Shown: piece by piece, positions 1 through 9,527 of the stretch
Layout of the letters: every line of letters starts with the position of its first letter
Position numbering within the stretch: position 1 is the stretch's first letter
Assembly (NCBI GenBank): GCA_021793315.1
Contig: JAJYSZ010000001.1
Span: 52,423 to 116,422, forward strand
DNA from: Bacillota bacterium
GTDB lineage: Bacteria; Bacillota; Sulfobacillia; JAJZYS01; JAJYTV01
DNA: 64,000 bases
Reading direction: 5' to 3'
The notes under the pieces: generated by a model
The model's input: the letters and a program-made list of their open reading frames with translations, nothing else
The model's database searches: none
What the model was told of the DNA's origin: nothing
Program-made: the position numbers and the translations under genes

Positions 1-312
1 CTCGCTGTACGGCAAGTCGCGCAAGGCCCCTTCGATCAGCCTGAGGCCCCCCGCGACATCGAACGAGCGGACCACGCCAAGGGCCGGAACGTCGATGCGC
101 ACCGTCACGGCGCCATCCTCGAGGCTCGCGCCGAGCAGGTAGATGTCCTCCTCGGCCCCGAGCCGCATCACCGACGGCACCAGGTTGACCGCCGCCGTCG
201 TCGTGGCGGCCACAGCGCCCTGCAGCCCTTCGATCTCCTCAGGCGTCAGGACCGGCATGCCGACGATCTGGTCCAAGGTCCCGGGCAGCAAGGTCTTCGC
301 GATGTCTTCCAT
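1..312 (-). CDS. hypothetical protein, N-terminal portion (gene runs off window start)
   Basis: ATG at 310-312 (reverse) preceded by GAAAAGAGGAG RBS. Frame open to position 1. Translation MEDIAKTLLPGTLDQIVGMPVLTPEEIEGLQGAVAATTTAAVNLVPSVMRLG... No family recognised. Confidence 0.4.
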   Translation of the reverse strand, partial: MEDIAKTLLPGTLDQIVGMPVLTPEEIEGLQGAVAATTTAAVNLVPSVMRLGAEEDIYLLGASLEDGAVTVRIDVPALGVVRSFDVAGGLRLIEGALRDLPYSE

Positions 313-372
313 AGGAATTCTCCTCTTTTCCGTCTGATGCTGTCCTTAAGGTACCGCAGGGAATGGCCAGGG

Positions 373-1902
373 TCAGGCCCTGCCTTCGCTCGGCCGCACG
401 AAGTCCATGCCGCTGATGCGCAACTGGCTGATCTGCAGGCAGAGGTAGCCTTCGCCGACGGCGGCCAGGGTGCCGACCAGCGCTCCCGCGGCGAAACCCG
501 CGAGCGCGTAGGCTCCCGCGAAGAAGCCTGCCGCAATCAGCGTCGCCACGATCGTGATCAAAAAGCGCAGCCACACGGCGATGCTGCGCTGGTCGACGGC
601 ATTCGGCAGGAGCGCCCAGCCGAGCAGCCCGACCGACCGGATCATGAGCATCAGGCCAAGCGCGAGCGGCAGGCTCCAGACGGCGATCGCGCCCTGCCCC
701 ATGCCGAGCAGCCAGCCGCAGGCCACGCCTGCCCAGCCAACACCCGTCACAAGGGCGCTCGGCATGAACCAGGCCAGAAGCTTGGTACCCATGGGTCCCG
801 GCGTCTGGGACCAGAGCGGCGTCGCAAGGATCTGGCCGAAGTTCAGCGAGGCGGCCGCCGCCCCCGTCAGCACCATGACATAGGCGACAAATCCCGGCAC
901 CACCTCCCACGGCACGCCGTGGGGCAGCGCGAGGGCGCCGGCGACGCAGGCGGCGACCCAGCCGAGCACGATGAGCGGCGCCGTCAGTGGCCAGAGCGTG
1001 CGGTAGAGGCGTGCGAGCTCTACCCCGAAGAGGGCGAAATCGCCCCGCCCTGGCCAGTCGCGGCGCCGGTAGCGACGGCGGCGGGCCCGGCTGGGGACCC
1101 CGCTGCCTAAAGCGGGCTGCTGGCGTGCGAACAGGCCGCGGCGTCCAGCGAGGACGGGCAGCGCGCTCCAGTCGACGCCGCGGCGGACGATATTCGGCGC
1201 CAACATCACCATCGCAGCCACGCTGAGCGCGGCCAGGACGCCGAGGATGACGAGAGCCGGGCCCTGGCCGTGCAGGGCAGCCACCGACACTCTGGTCGGC
1301 CATGTCGCGGCCAGGGCGGCGGCAAGTCCGGCCGTGCCGTCCCGCAGAAGCGCCAAGCCGGCGTAGAGCAGGAGGCCGGTCAAAAGGACCAGCAAGGCGT
1401 AGCGCAGCCACCTGCCCCATCGTCCCAGGCCGAGCAGGATGTAGCGGATCGCCATCGCCGCGATCAGCGCGAGCCCGACCCCGTAGAGCAGGACGCCCCA
1501 GGCGACGTCTCCCGAAGCGGCCATCTGCGGCACCCAGAAGACGGCCACGACGACGAGCAGGCGCAACTGGGAGACGGCCTGGCGCACGAGAGTCCAGACC
1601 ACGATGCGGTCGGGAGCGATCGCACTCGGCACGACGAGCGCCAGGTCGGCCGGACGCGCCAAAAGGCGCCTCCGGCCGCCGATCGCGCCGAGACCGAGCA
1701 GAAGCAGCCATAGGGCCACGGCGTAGACCGACGCCGCATGCGCGAAGTGCGGCAGGCCCCGGCGTCCCTGCGTCAGGATGAAGACCATATAGGCGAGCAC
1801 GAGGACGTAGACCAGGAGACGCCCGCGCGCGCGCGCCAGCTGACGCAGCTGCGCGAGCAGGGTCCGCCACTCGAGGTAGAGGAGCGCGTTGTAGCCGCTC
1901 AT
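373..1902 (-). CDS. ABC-2 type transporter permease (large polytopic membrane protein)
   Basis: 509 aa, very hydrophobic with many predicted TM helices. Its ATG overlaps the stop of the upstream ATPase gene by 4 nt (ATGA), a typical ATPase-permease pair. Confidence 0.6.
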   Translation of the reverse strand: MSGYNALLYLEWRTLLAQLRQLARARGRLLVYVLVLAYMVFILTQGRRGLPHFAHAASVYAVALWLLLLGLGAIGGRRRLLARPADLALVVPSAIAPDRIVVWTLVRQAVSQLRLLVVVAVFWVPQMAASGDVAWGVLLYGVGLALIAAMAIRYILLGLGRWGRWLRYALLVLLTGLLLYAGLALLRDGTAGLAAALAATWPTRVSVAALHGQGPALVILGVLAALSVAAMVMLAPNIVRRGVDWSALPVLAGRRGLFARQQPALGSGVPSRARRRRYRRRDWPGRGDFALFGVELARLYRTLWPLTAPLIVLGWVAACVAGALALPHGVPWEVVPGFVAYVMVLTGAAAASLNFGQILATPLWSQTPGPMGTKLLAWFMPSALVTGVGWAGVACGWLLGMGQGAIAVWSLPLALGLMLMIRSVGLLGWALLPNAVDQRSIAVWLRFLITIVATLIAAGFFAGAYALAGFAAGALVGTLAAVGEGYLCLQISQLRISGMDFVRPSEGRA

Positions 1903-2603
1903 TCCGCTTCGGTCAGCCCGAGGAAGGCCTCCTGCAGGCTCCCGGACTGCGCCGTGATCTCCTGCAGGGTGCCCTGCGCGATCAGGCGGCCGCGCTGCAG
2001 GATGACGACGCGGTCGCAGATCTCCTCGGCGCTGCTGAGGATGTGCGTCGAGAGCAGCACTGCCGTTCCCTCCAGCTTCACCTCGCGCAGAGACTGCACG
2101 AGTTCGCGCTGTCCCGCCGGGTCCAGACCTACCATCGGCTCGTCCACCAGCAGAAGCTTCGGCTGGTGCAGGAGCGCGCAGGCGATCAGGAGTTTCTGCT
2201 TCATGCCCTTGGAAAGTGCGCCACCCACCCTGTCCGAGACTTCCTCCAGATGCAGGCGCCGCAGGATGGCCCGCCCCGCCGCCTCCCAGCCGGGCGCAAG
2301 GCTGTAAGCCCTGGCCACGAAGCCGAGATGCTCCTCGACCGTCAGCAGCGGGAAGACTTCAGGCTGTTCAGGCACGAAGCCGACGAGGGCCTTCCGCCGC
2401 TCGATCGGCACTCCGTCCAGGTAGGCCCGCCCGGACGTCGGATGAACGAGGCCGGCGAGCGCGTGCAAGGTCGTCGTCTTGCCGGCGCCGTTCGGCCCAA
2501 GCAGGCCGACGATCTCGCCCGGCCGCACCTCGAAGCTGAGATCCCCCACTGCGGCGACGTCGCCGTACTCCTTGCCGAGTCCCTCGACGCGAAGGCCGTC
2601 CAT
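1899..2603 (-). CDS. ABC transporter ATP-binding protein
   Basis: Walker A GPNGAGKTTT, ABC signature LSKGMKQKL, Walker B LLLVDEP, H-loop. Confidence 0.9.
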   Translation of the reverse strand: MDGLRVEGLGKEYGDVAAVGDLSFEVRPGEIVGLLGPNGAGKTTTLHALAGLVHPTSGRAYLDGVPIERRKALVGFVPEQPEVFPLLTVEEHLGFVARAYSLAPGWEAAGRAILRRLHLEEVSDRVGGALSKGMKQKLLIACALLHQPKLLLVDEPMVGLDPAGQRELVQSLREVKLEGTAVLLSTHILSSAEEICDRVVILQRGRLIAQGTLQEITAQSGSLQEAFLGLTEAE

Positions 2604-2740
2604 AATGCGCTGTTGTCCTCCCCAAAGGCGGGAACCTGCCGCAAGGCCGCCCCAGTCATGGACCTAAGTCTGGTATGGCGGACGGACGTCTGTCAACGCC
2701 GCCTAATGTCACGCGCGCCCGAGTGCGCTAAGATGCTTGC

Positions 2741-3967
2741 ATGTCCAGACTGAGACTCCCTTACCCGCCGGCGCTCGTCGTCCTCATTCTTTCCACGGTG
2801 CTGATGGTCTCTGGCTTTTCCATGCTCTGGCCTCTCGTGACGCTCTACGTGCACAGCCGCCTGGGCCTGCCGATGAGCTGGGCCGGCGCCGTGCTGCTGG
2901 TCCAGTCGGTGGCGAATCTCGGCGGCAACCTGCTGGGCGGCCCCCTGTTCGACGCCTGGGGCGGTCGGCGCTCCATGCTGCTCGGAGCCGGTGCGGCGGC
3001 GCTTGCCGCCTTTGGCATGGCCGCCACCCACGGCCTCTACCCGTACCTCGTCATGACCGTCGTCCTCGGGGTGGGCACGGGCCTCATCTACCCCTCGATC
3101 AATGCCTTCGCCGCGCAGGTCTGGCCCGAGGGGCGGCGCGCCGCCTTCAATGCCATCTACGTCGCCTCCAACGTCGGCGTCGCTGCCGGCTCGATGGTCG
3201 GCGGCCTCCTGGCGCAGGTCCACTTCTGGCTCGCCTTTACGGTGACGGGAAGCCTCTTGCTGCTCTACGGCCTCTCCGTGCTCTTCGGCATGCGCGGGGC
3301 GGCCTTCAGCCAGGCTCCCGCCGAAAGGCGCCTCGCCAAGTCCCTGCAAAAGCCCCGAGGCAATTCGGGCCTCGCCACTCTTGCACCGTGGCTCCTGGCG
3401 CTCGGCCTGTTCCTCGACTGGACGGCGTACGTCCAGTGGCAGACGACGGTCGCCGTGCACATGCAGGTGCTCGGCTTCTCCATCTCAAGCTACAGCATGC
3501 TCTGGACCTTGAACGGCCTGATCATCCTTGCGGGTCAGCCCCTCGCAAGCTTCGTGACGCGCCGCCTGCCCAGCATGAAGCCGCAGATCCTGCTCGGCAA
3601 CGTTCTCTTCATCCTATCGTTCGCGCTGCTCGTCTCGGCGCGCAGCTACGCCGCTTTCCTCGGCGGTATGGCGCTTACGACGCTCGGCGAAATGTTCGTG
3701 TGGCCGGGCGTGCCGGCGGCGGCCGACCGCCTGGCGCCGGACGGCCGGCGCGGACTCTACCAGGGCATCGTCAGCGGCGCAGCCTCCACCGGGCGGGCGG
3801 CGGGCCCGCTGTTCGGCGGTCTCCTCTACGACCGCTTCCCGACCAAGGTGCTCTTCACGGTGATGATTGCGATCTTCGCCATCGGCCTTGTCGTACTCAG
3901 CGTCTACGACCGCTTCCAGCCGGCAGGCGGCAGCCCCGGCGATGCCGTCACCGCCTCGTCCCGGTAG
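2741..3967 (+). CDS. MFS transporter
   Basis: 408 aa, 12-TM architecture, MFS-type loop motifs (e.g. GPLFDAWGGRRSMLLGA). Confidence 0.8.
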   Translation: MSRLRLPYPPALVVLILSTVLMVSGFSMLWPLVTLYVHSRLGLPMSWAGAVLLVQSVANLGGNLLGGPLFDAWGGRRSMLLGAGAAALAAFGMAATHGLYPYLVMTVVLGVGTGLIYPSINAFAAQVWPEGRRAAFNAIYVASNVGVAAGSMVGGLLAQVHFWLAFTVTGSLLLLYGLSVLFGMRGAAFSQAPAERRLAKSLQKPRGNSGLATLAPWLLALGLFLDWTAYVQWQTTVAVHMQVLGFSISSYSMLWTLNGLIILAGQPLASFVTRRLPSMKPQILLGNVLFILSFALLVSARSYAAFLGGMALTTLGEMFVWPGVPAAADRLAPDGRRGLYQGIVSGAASTGRAAGPLFGGLLYDRFPTKVLFTVMIAIFAIGLVVLSVYDRFQPAGGSPGDAVTASSR

Positions 3968-3987
3968 CGGCGGGGCCAGCGTCGGCG

Positions 3988-4360
3988 CTAGTCCTGGCGC
4001 CCTCCGCCGCTCCCGGCGCCGGAATCGGCCGCTTGCAAGTCCTTCCTTGGCTTGCCGGAGTGGGCCACCTCTACGGTCTCGCACGTCGCCATGCCGTCGC
4101 CCACCAGGTCCAGCAGCGTAGGCAGAAATCGTCCGATATACTCGGTGGAGTCCACGATCTCCACGAAAAGCGGCAGGTCGGACGGAAGATCCAGCAGCCC
4201 TGCCGTATGGATGCGGCTTGCGGCGCCAAATCCGTCGATCGCCCGATGCACCGTGCACCCGCCATGCCTTCGCGCTTGGCGGCCAGGACGATCGCGTGCC
4301 AGAGGCCGCGATCGTGCCGCGTCCGACTCGCCGATGTAAGCCCGCAGGCGCTCGGCAACG
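3988..4360 (-). pseudogene. DUF190 (CrcB-associated PII-like) gene disrupted by two frameshifts
   Basis: Three reading frames each carry a consecutive piece of a DUF190-like protein: LRAYIGESD, then RHDRGLWHAIVLAAKREGMAGA, then HRAIDGFGAASRIHTAGLLDLPSDLPLFVEIVDSTEYIGRFLPTLLDLVGDGMATCETVEV. Frame changes are near 4305 and 4255. Confidence 0.5.
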
Positions 4361-4475
4361 TCGTGCTGAGCGTCGGCGGCGGCGCGGCCTTCGCCCTGCT
4401 CAGGGCAACGTTGCCATGAGGGGGCTACGCGACTTTCTTGCCATCGAACTCCGACATTCAGCGGAGGCCTTCACC

Positions 4476-4722
4476 GATGAATGATGCGGTGCTTTCCCGG
4501 CGCCGCAACCGGCAAGCCGACGACGATGACCGCAAGAGCAGGCGTAACCAGCGGCCGATTGGGCGACTTCACCATCTTCGGCAACCTGATGGCGCAGATC
4601 GCCCTGGTGCGCCAGGGCGATCTGCGGTCGCGCTCGGGCTGGTCCTCGGCGAGGCGCTGGCCGGCCTTGCCTTCACCCTGCTCGGGGTGGGCACCGCAAG
4701 GCTGCTGGAGCGCCGGGCCTGA
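4476..4722 (+). pseudogene. crcB: possible crcB/Fluc fluoride channel remnant, frameshifted
   Basis: Frame 2 gives GRLGDFTIFGNLMAQIALVRQGD, resembling the CrcB GG(L/F)TTFSTF...EG core. Another frame gives the hydrophobic C-terminal helix AVALGLVLGEALAGLAFTLLGV. The N-terminal part was not found. Located back-to-back with the DUF190 remnant. Confidence 0.3.
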
Positions 4723-4803
4723 TCTCCGCCGGGCCACAAGATCCCAACCAAAGACGGTGCGGACGGCGGGCATCGGCCCGCCGTCCGCACCGTCACGTTT
4801 CGC

Positions 4804-5148
4804 CTAGGAGGACTTTTCGGCTTCCGCCACCTCGACCTTGGTCACCGCGATGTTCACGATGGCGTTCTCGATGCCGATGTTCTTCGCCAGGGCGTCCTTG
4901 ACCGCTGTCTGGACGTCGCGCATCGCCTCCGGCAGGAAGATGCCGTAGGGCACCGTGAGCTCGAGGTCCACCACAAGCTTCTTGTCCGGGCCCTCCTTCA
5001 CGCGGATGGCGCTGCCCAGCAGAAAGCGCCTGTTCACCCGCGCCGCGCCTTCGCCCGTCTCCTTGATGGCCAGTTCGACCACGGAGCGGACGGCGGTCTC
5101 CTCGATCGAGAGTTCGCCGCCCGACGTGGTCTGCAGCTTGATGTTCAT
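4804..5148 (-). CDS. Asp23/Gls24 family envelope stress (alkaline shock) protein
   Basis: MNIKLQTTSGGELSIEETAVRSVVELAIKE... typical of the Asp23 family. GGGGTG RBS before the ATG at 5148. The track ORF starts 10 codons earlier. Confidence 0.75.
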   Translation of the reverse strand: MNIKLQTTSGGELSIEETAVRSVVELAIKETGEGAARVNRRFLLGSAIRVKEGPDKKLVVDLELTVPYGIFLPEAMRDVQTAVKDALAKNIGIENAIVNIAVTKVEVAEAEKSS

Positions 5149-5215
5149 GGCAGCACCCCCCAGTTCTTGTCCTAGCACAAGTCTACACCCGTGTTGCCAG
5201 GAACAGCACCAGGGA

Positions 5216-6058
5216 TCAGCGGCCCAGCCGGCTCCGGCTGACGAGTCGCCTGGCGACGATGTTGACGATCACGATCAGCAGGAGGAGCAGGAGACCTGCT
5301 GCGTACGCGAGCGCCTGAGCCGGCGCGAACGGTTCGTTGATGTAGGTCCAGACCACATAGGTGAGGTAGCCGATCGGGGAGTGCGTCAGCTGGAGGTTCG
5401 GCATGTAGTTGGACCAGCCGGCCGTATAGAGCAGCGGCGCCGTCTCGCCGATCGCAATCGACAGCGCGAGCAGCACGCCGGTGACGACGCCTGGCAGGGC
5501 CTCGCGCAGCGTCACGCGCCAGATCGTCGTGGTCTGGCTGGCGCCGAGCGCCATGGACGCCTCGCGCATGCCGCGCGGCACCTTGCTGAGCGCGGTCTCG
5601 GTCGAGCGCACCACGTAGGGAACGCCGATCAGCGCAAGGGCGATGGCTCCGGCCAGGGTCGAGAAGCCCCAGCCCAGGCCGAGCACCAGCGTGACGTAGC
5701 CAAAGTAGCCGATGACGATCGACGGCACCCCGGCCATGACGTCGGTCGTGAAGCGGATGAACTGCGCAAAGCGCCCGGATGGATCCACCTCGCCCACGTA
5801 GACGCCGGCCATGATGCCGAGCGGGCCCGCAAACAGGATGCCGAGCCCCACGACGTAGAAGGTGCCGACGATGGCGTTTGCAAGCCCGCCGCCCGTACCG
5901 ACGGTGACCTCCGTGAAGAGGCTCGGCGTAAGCGCGGGCAACGCATGACTCACGACGAGCCAGAGCATCCCGATCACCGGCACCAGGATGATGAGGCCCA
6001 TGAGCACCGCCAAGCCCAGCATGATGCGGTCCTTCAGATGCCGCCACGCGACGGTCAC
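5216..6058 (-). CDS. pstA: phosphate ABC transporter permease PstA
   Basis: 280 aa, 6 TM, ABC permease EAA-type loop (REASMALGASQTTTIWRVTLREALPG). Overlaps pstC by 4 nt. Confidence 0.9.
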   Translation of the reverse strand: MTVAWRHLKDRIMLGLAVLMGLIILVPVIGMLWLVVSHALPALTPSLFTEVTVGTGGGLANAIVGTFYVVGLGILFAGPLGIMAGVYVGEVDPSGRFAQFIRFTTDVMAGVPSIVIGYFGYVTLVLGLGWGFSTLAGAIALALIGVPYVVRSTETALSKVPRGMREASMALGASQTTTIWRVTLREALPGVVTGVLLALSIAIGETAPLLYTAGWSNYMPNLQLTHSPIGYLTYVVWTYINEPFAPAQALAYAAGLLLLLLIVIVNIVARRLVSRSRLGR

Positions 6059-7056
6059 TGGGCCTCACCGCCCTTCTTGACGGCGCGGGAGAGCAGGAGC
6101 CGCGCCGGGACGTTGACGAGGATGCTCATGACGAAGAGCACCAGCGCGATCTCGGCCAGAGCGTGGACCGCCATGCCCGTCGGGTCGGTCATGGCCGAGT
6201 CGAGCTGCGACACGATCGTCGCGGCCATGGTGCCGATCGGGCTGAAGATGTTCTGCGGCAGGTAGTTGACCGCGCTGCCGGACACCATGAGCACCGCCAT
6301 CGTCTCGCCCAGTGCCCGGCCGAGGCCCAGGATCACGGCGCCGAAGATGCCGCTCGCCGACCACGGCAGCGACACGGCGCGGATCATCTCCCAGCGCGTC
6401 AGGCCGAGTCCGAGCGCCCCTTCCTTCGTCTCGCGCGGCGTCTGGCGGAGCACGTCGCGGGTCGTCGCCGCGATGATCGGCGTGATCATGACGGCGAGCA
6501 CGAGCCCTGCGGCGAGAAGTCCCTGGCCGGAGCCGATCGGGCCCCGGAAGAAGGGGATGAAGCCGAAGACCGCCTGCAACCAGGGTCCGAGGTCCCGGCC
6601 GATCCAGGGGATCAGCACCGCGATACCCCAGAGGCCGATCACCACCGACGGGATGCCTGCCAGCATCTCGACGACGAAGGAAAGGCTTTCGCCAATCCGC
6701 CACGGCAGGTACTCGACGAGCAGGAGGCCGATGCCGACGGCGAGTGGCACCGCCAGCAGCACCGCGATCAGGGAGCTCAAAAGGGTGCCGAGGATGAACG
6801 GCAGGATGCCGTACGCGGCGCCGGCGGGCGCGACGACGCCGTTGTGGTGGCTCAGGGAGTTGCCGTAGAGGTTGCCGATGTTCCAGCTGATCGACGTGAG
6901 GAAGTGCCCGCCGTTGTAGAGGATCGACGGCCACGAATCGCGCAGCAGGAAAATGAGAATCGCCGCCATGGCCACGAGCGAGCCACCGGCAATGATGCCG
7001 GTGGCCACCCGCATGACTCGGTCCAGGGCGCGCACTTTGCCGGGCGTCGCCATCAC
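6055..7056 (-). CDS. pstC: phosphate ABC transporter permease PstC
   Basis: 333 aa, PstC-like with EAA loop (LGLTRWEMIRAVSLPWSASGIFGA). Confidence 0.9.
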   Translation of the reverse strand: MMATPGKVRALDRVMRVATGIIAGGSLVAMAAILIFLLRDSWPSILYNGGHFLTSISWNIGNLYGNSLSHHNGVVAPAGAAYGILPFILGTLLSSLIAVLLAVPLAVGIGLLLVEYLPWRIGESLSFVVEMLAGIPSVVIGLWGIAVLIPWIGRDLGPWLQAVFGFIPFFRGPIGSGQGLLAAGLVLAVMITPIIAATTRDVLRQTPRETKEGALGLGLTRWEMIRAVSLPWSASGIFGAVILGLGRALGETMAVLMVSGSAVNYLPQNIFSPIGTMAATIVSQLDSAMTDPTGMAVHALAEIALVLFVMSILVNVPARLLLSRAVKKGGEAQ

Positions 7057-7081
7057 CCCACGAGGAGTTTCGCCTTCGGGA

Positions 7082-8167
7082 CTACTTAACCTTCGCGATC
7101 TGCGCCTCGCTCAGCTTGACGATGGCGGAGGGCAGCGGGAGGAAGTGGACCTGGTTCACGTAGGAGGGCTGGTTGCCGGTCGTGAGCGCCCAGGTGAGGA
7201 ACTGGCGCACCGCCTTGGCCGTCGCCGAGGACGACTGCTTCGCGTTCACGATCGCGTACTCGTAGTTGATGATCGGGTAGGCGCCCTGCGCCGGGCCGTA
7301 GATCAGCGAGACGCGCTCGTCCTTGGGCGTGGTGCCGACAAGGCTCTGGGCTTCGGTGGAGATCGTCTGCGCGGTCGGCAGCACGAACTGGCCGGCCTTG
7401 TTCTCGATCGCCGCGTAGCCGAGACCGTCCTGGACGGCCTGGTTCAGGAACGAGATGCCGACGTAGGCGATGCCGCCCTTGTTCTGCTGCAGGGCCTCGA
7501 CCATGCCGCCATTGCCCGTCGCGCTGATCGAGTTCGGCACCGAGGGCCATGAGATCGTCGTCGCGTACTGCGGTCCCTTGGAGGAACCCCAGGTGGTCGG
7601 GTTCGAGAACGAGAGGTACTGCGAGAACAGGAATGTGTCACCCGAACCGTCCGCGCGGTGGATCGGCACGATCTTGAGGGCCGGCAACTGCACGCCGGGG
7701 TTCAGCGCCTTGATCGCGGAATCGTTCCACATCGTGATCGAGCCGGTGTAGATGCCTGCGATGACCTGGCCGGAGAGGTGCAGGTGCTGCTGGTTGAGAC
7801 CGGGCAGGTTGTACATGATCTGCTGCGCCGAAATCGCGAGCGGGATATTGAGCATGCCAGGGTCGGCCTGCATCTGCGCGTTCGCCATGTAGGCGTCCGA
7901 CGCGCCGATCTGCACGGTGCCGTTCACGGCGTCCGAGATGCCGGTACCGGAGCCTGTGCCCTGCGGCGTGATCTTGATGTTCTTGTGGGTCTTCGTATAC
8001 GCGGGAGCCCAGATCTGGAAGAGCGGGTACAGAAGCGTGGACCCGGTCTCCTGCAATGATACCGGACCCTGGCTTGCCGTCGAGGTCGAGCCGCAGCCCG
8101 CGAGCGTCAGGGCGAGCGCGCCGACCAGTGCCGCCGCAAGACCGCCACTGCGCAAGGAAAACGTCAC
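7082..8167 (-). CDS. pstS: phosphate-binding lipoprotein PstS
   Basis: Lipobox LTLAGCGS, PBP2 phosphate-binding fold (TGSGTGISD...). GTG start with AAGGGAGGG RBS. Confidence 0.9.
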   Translation of the reverse strand: MTFSLRSGGLAAALVGALALTLAGCGSTSTASQGPVSLQETGSTLLYPLFQIWAPAYTKTHKNIKITPQGTGSGTGISDAVNGTVQIGASDAYMANAQMQADPGMLNIPLAISAQQIMYNLPGLNQQHLHLSGQVIAGIYTGSITMWNDSAIKALNPGVQLPALKIVPIHRADGSGDTFLFSQYLSFSNPTTWGSSKGPQYATTISWPSVPNSISATGNGGMVEALQQNKGGIAYVGISFLNQAVQDGLGYAAIENKAGQFVLPTAQTISTEAQSLVGTTPKDERVSLIYGPAQGAYPIINYEYAIVNAKQSSSATAKAVRQFLTWALTTGNQPSYVNQVHFLPLPSAIVKLSEAQIAKVK

Positions 8168-8255
8168 GCGTAGCCCTCCCTTGGTCGTTCGAGGGCAGCA
8201 TACACGCGCTCTGTTACGGCCAAGTTAAGTCGCGCGATTTTCAAATGAGCGGCAG

Positions 8256-9503
8256 CTAAGCCCCGGTCGACACGACCTTTGCGGCCACCTCCGTCTTGCC
8301 GAACCAGAGGACGAGCAATAGCGCCACAAGCGAACTCGCGATGCTGACCAAAAACATGGCCTGATATGCCCCATGCGATACGGCGATCACCTGGCCCGCG
8401 AGCGGCGCCGCCACCATCAGGCCGAGCGACTGCACGAGGTTGGCATTGCCGTAGAGCGCGCCATGCAAGTGCGCGGCCATCTCCTTGGCGTCGTCCTCGC
8501 TCAGGCCGCGCCGCAGGTGCTGGCGCAGCATGTCGGCGGCCAGGGGATAGCTCGTCACCTGGATGCCGCCCCAGGCAAGGCCCGCGACAAAGAGGAGCAT
8601 GAAGGCCTCGCTGACGGTCGTGAGCCAGAGTCCGGTCGATGCCGCGAGCGCAAAGAGCGCAAGCGTCGCTCCGAGCAGGATGCGCGCATCGTGCCGCTCG
8701 TAGAGGCGGCCGAACCAGAGCGAGACGAAGATGCCCGCCACCGTGAAGACGGACATGCCGAGCGCGGAGTCGAGCAGGCTGCCGTGCAGGGAGTGCTCCA
8801 TGTACGGCGTGAAGAAGCTGGCGATCGCCTCGAAACTCAGCCACCAGAGCCCCTGCGCGACGTAGTACTTGAGCAGCGCCGGGCTGCGCAGGGCGGCGGC
8901 CGCACCCCGCGCCGGGCGCTTGGGCGTCTCGCTGCGCTCCTTGGCCGTGAACGCCGTCCAGAGGCCGCCGCCGAGCAGGATCACCGCGCCGAGCACGAAG
9001 CCCAGCACGTGGCTCACAAGCTCGTACACCAGCGGCACGACAAGGAAGGCGATCAGGTTGCCGAGCGTCCAGAGCAGGTTCAAGATGCCCGACGCCTCGC
9101 CGTAGTCCTTCTCCTCCACGCGGTCCGGCATCATGGCCTGGTAGGGCGTCGGGCTGAGCTGCTGGAAGAAGTAGAAGAGAAGGGTCGCCGCGATGGCAAG
9201 CGTCAGGCTCTTCGTCAGGTAGAAGAGCATCAGCATGATCGCCGCACCGGGGAACGCGACGAAGAGATAGGGACGGCGCCTGCCAATCCTGGTTGGCGTG
9301 CGGTCGGAAAGCCAGCCCGAGAGGGGGTTCAGCACCACGCCGAACAGGCCCTCCGCGCCGAGCACCGAACCGATCAGCTGCGTCGACGGCGTCAGGGCGC
9401 CGAGCATCGCCGCCGTGAAGACCTTGTTCATGCCCCAGCCGACGTTGCGTCCGAGCCCTGCGAGTCCGAGCAGCCACACGTAGCGGCGCTCGCGCTTGTC
9501 CAA
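8256..9503 (-). CDS. MFS transporter (GPH/sugar-phosphate-like)
   Basis: 415 aa, 12 TM, DRTPTRIGRRRPYL motif after TM2. Confidence 0.8.
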   Translation of the reverse strand: MDKRERRYVWLLGLAGLGRNVGWGMNKVFTAAMLGALTPSTQLIGSVLGAEGLFGVVLNPLSGWLSDRTPTRIGRRRPYLFVAFPGAAIMLMLFYLTKSLTLAIAATLLFYFFQQLSPTPYQAMMPDRVEEKDYGEASGILNLLWTLGNLIAFLVVPLVYELVSHVLGFVLGAVILLGGGLWTAFTAKERSETPKRPARGAAAALRSPALLKYYVAQGLWWLSFEAIASFFTPYMEHSLHGSLLDSALGMSVFTVAGIFVSLWFGRLYERHDARILLGATLALFALAASTGLWLTTVSEAFMLLFVAGLAWGGIQVTSYPLAADMLRQHLRRGLSEDDAKEMAAHLHGALYGNANLVQSLGLMVAAPLAGQVIAVSHGAYQAMFLVSIASSLVALLLVLWFGKTEVAAKVVSTGA

Positions 9504-9527
9504 CGGTGAGCCCTCCTGTGACGGTGC

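Noticed and set aside
239-1870. 543-aa Arg/Ala/Gly-rich ORF on the minus strand
   Set aside because: It overlaps the same-strand ABC-2 permease gene in a different frame. Its composition is typical of shadow ORFs in high-GC DNA, with no motifs.
2737-4419. 560-aa plus-strand ORF overlapping the MFS transporter in another frame
   Set aside because: It is a frame-shadow of the MFS gene and the decayed DUF190 region (R/P/G-rich).
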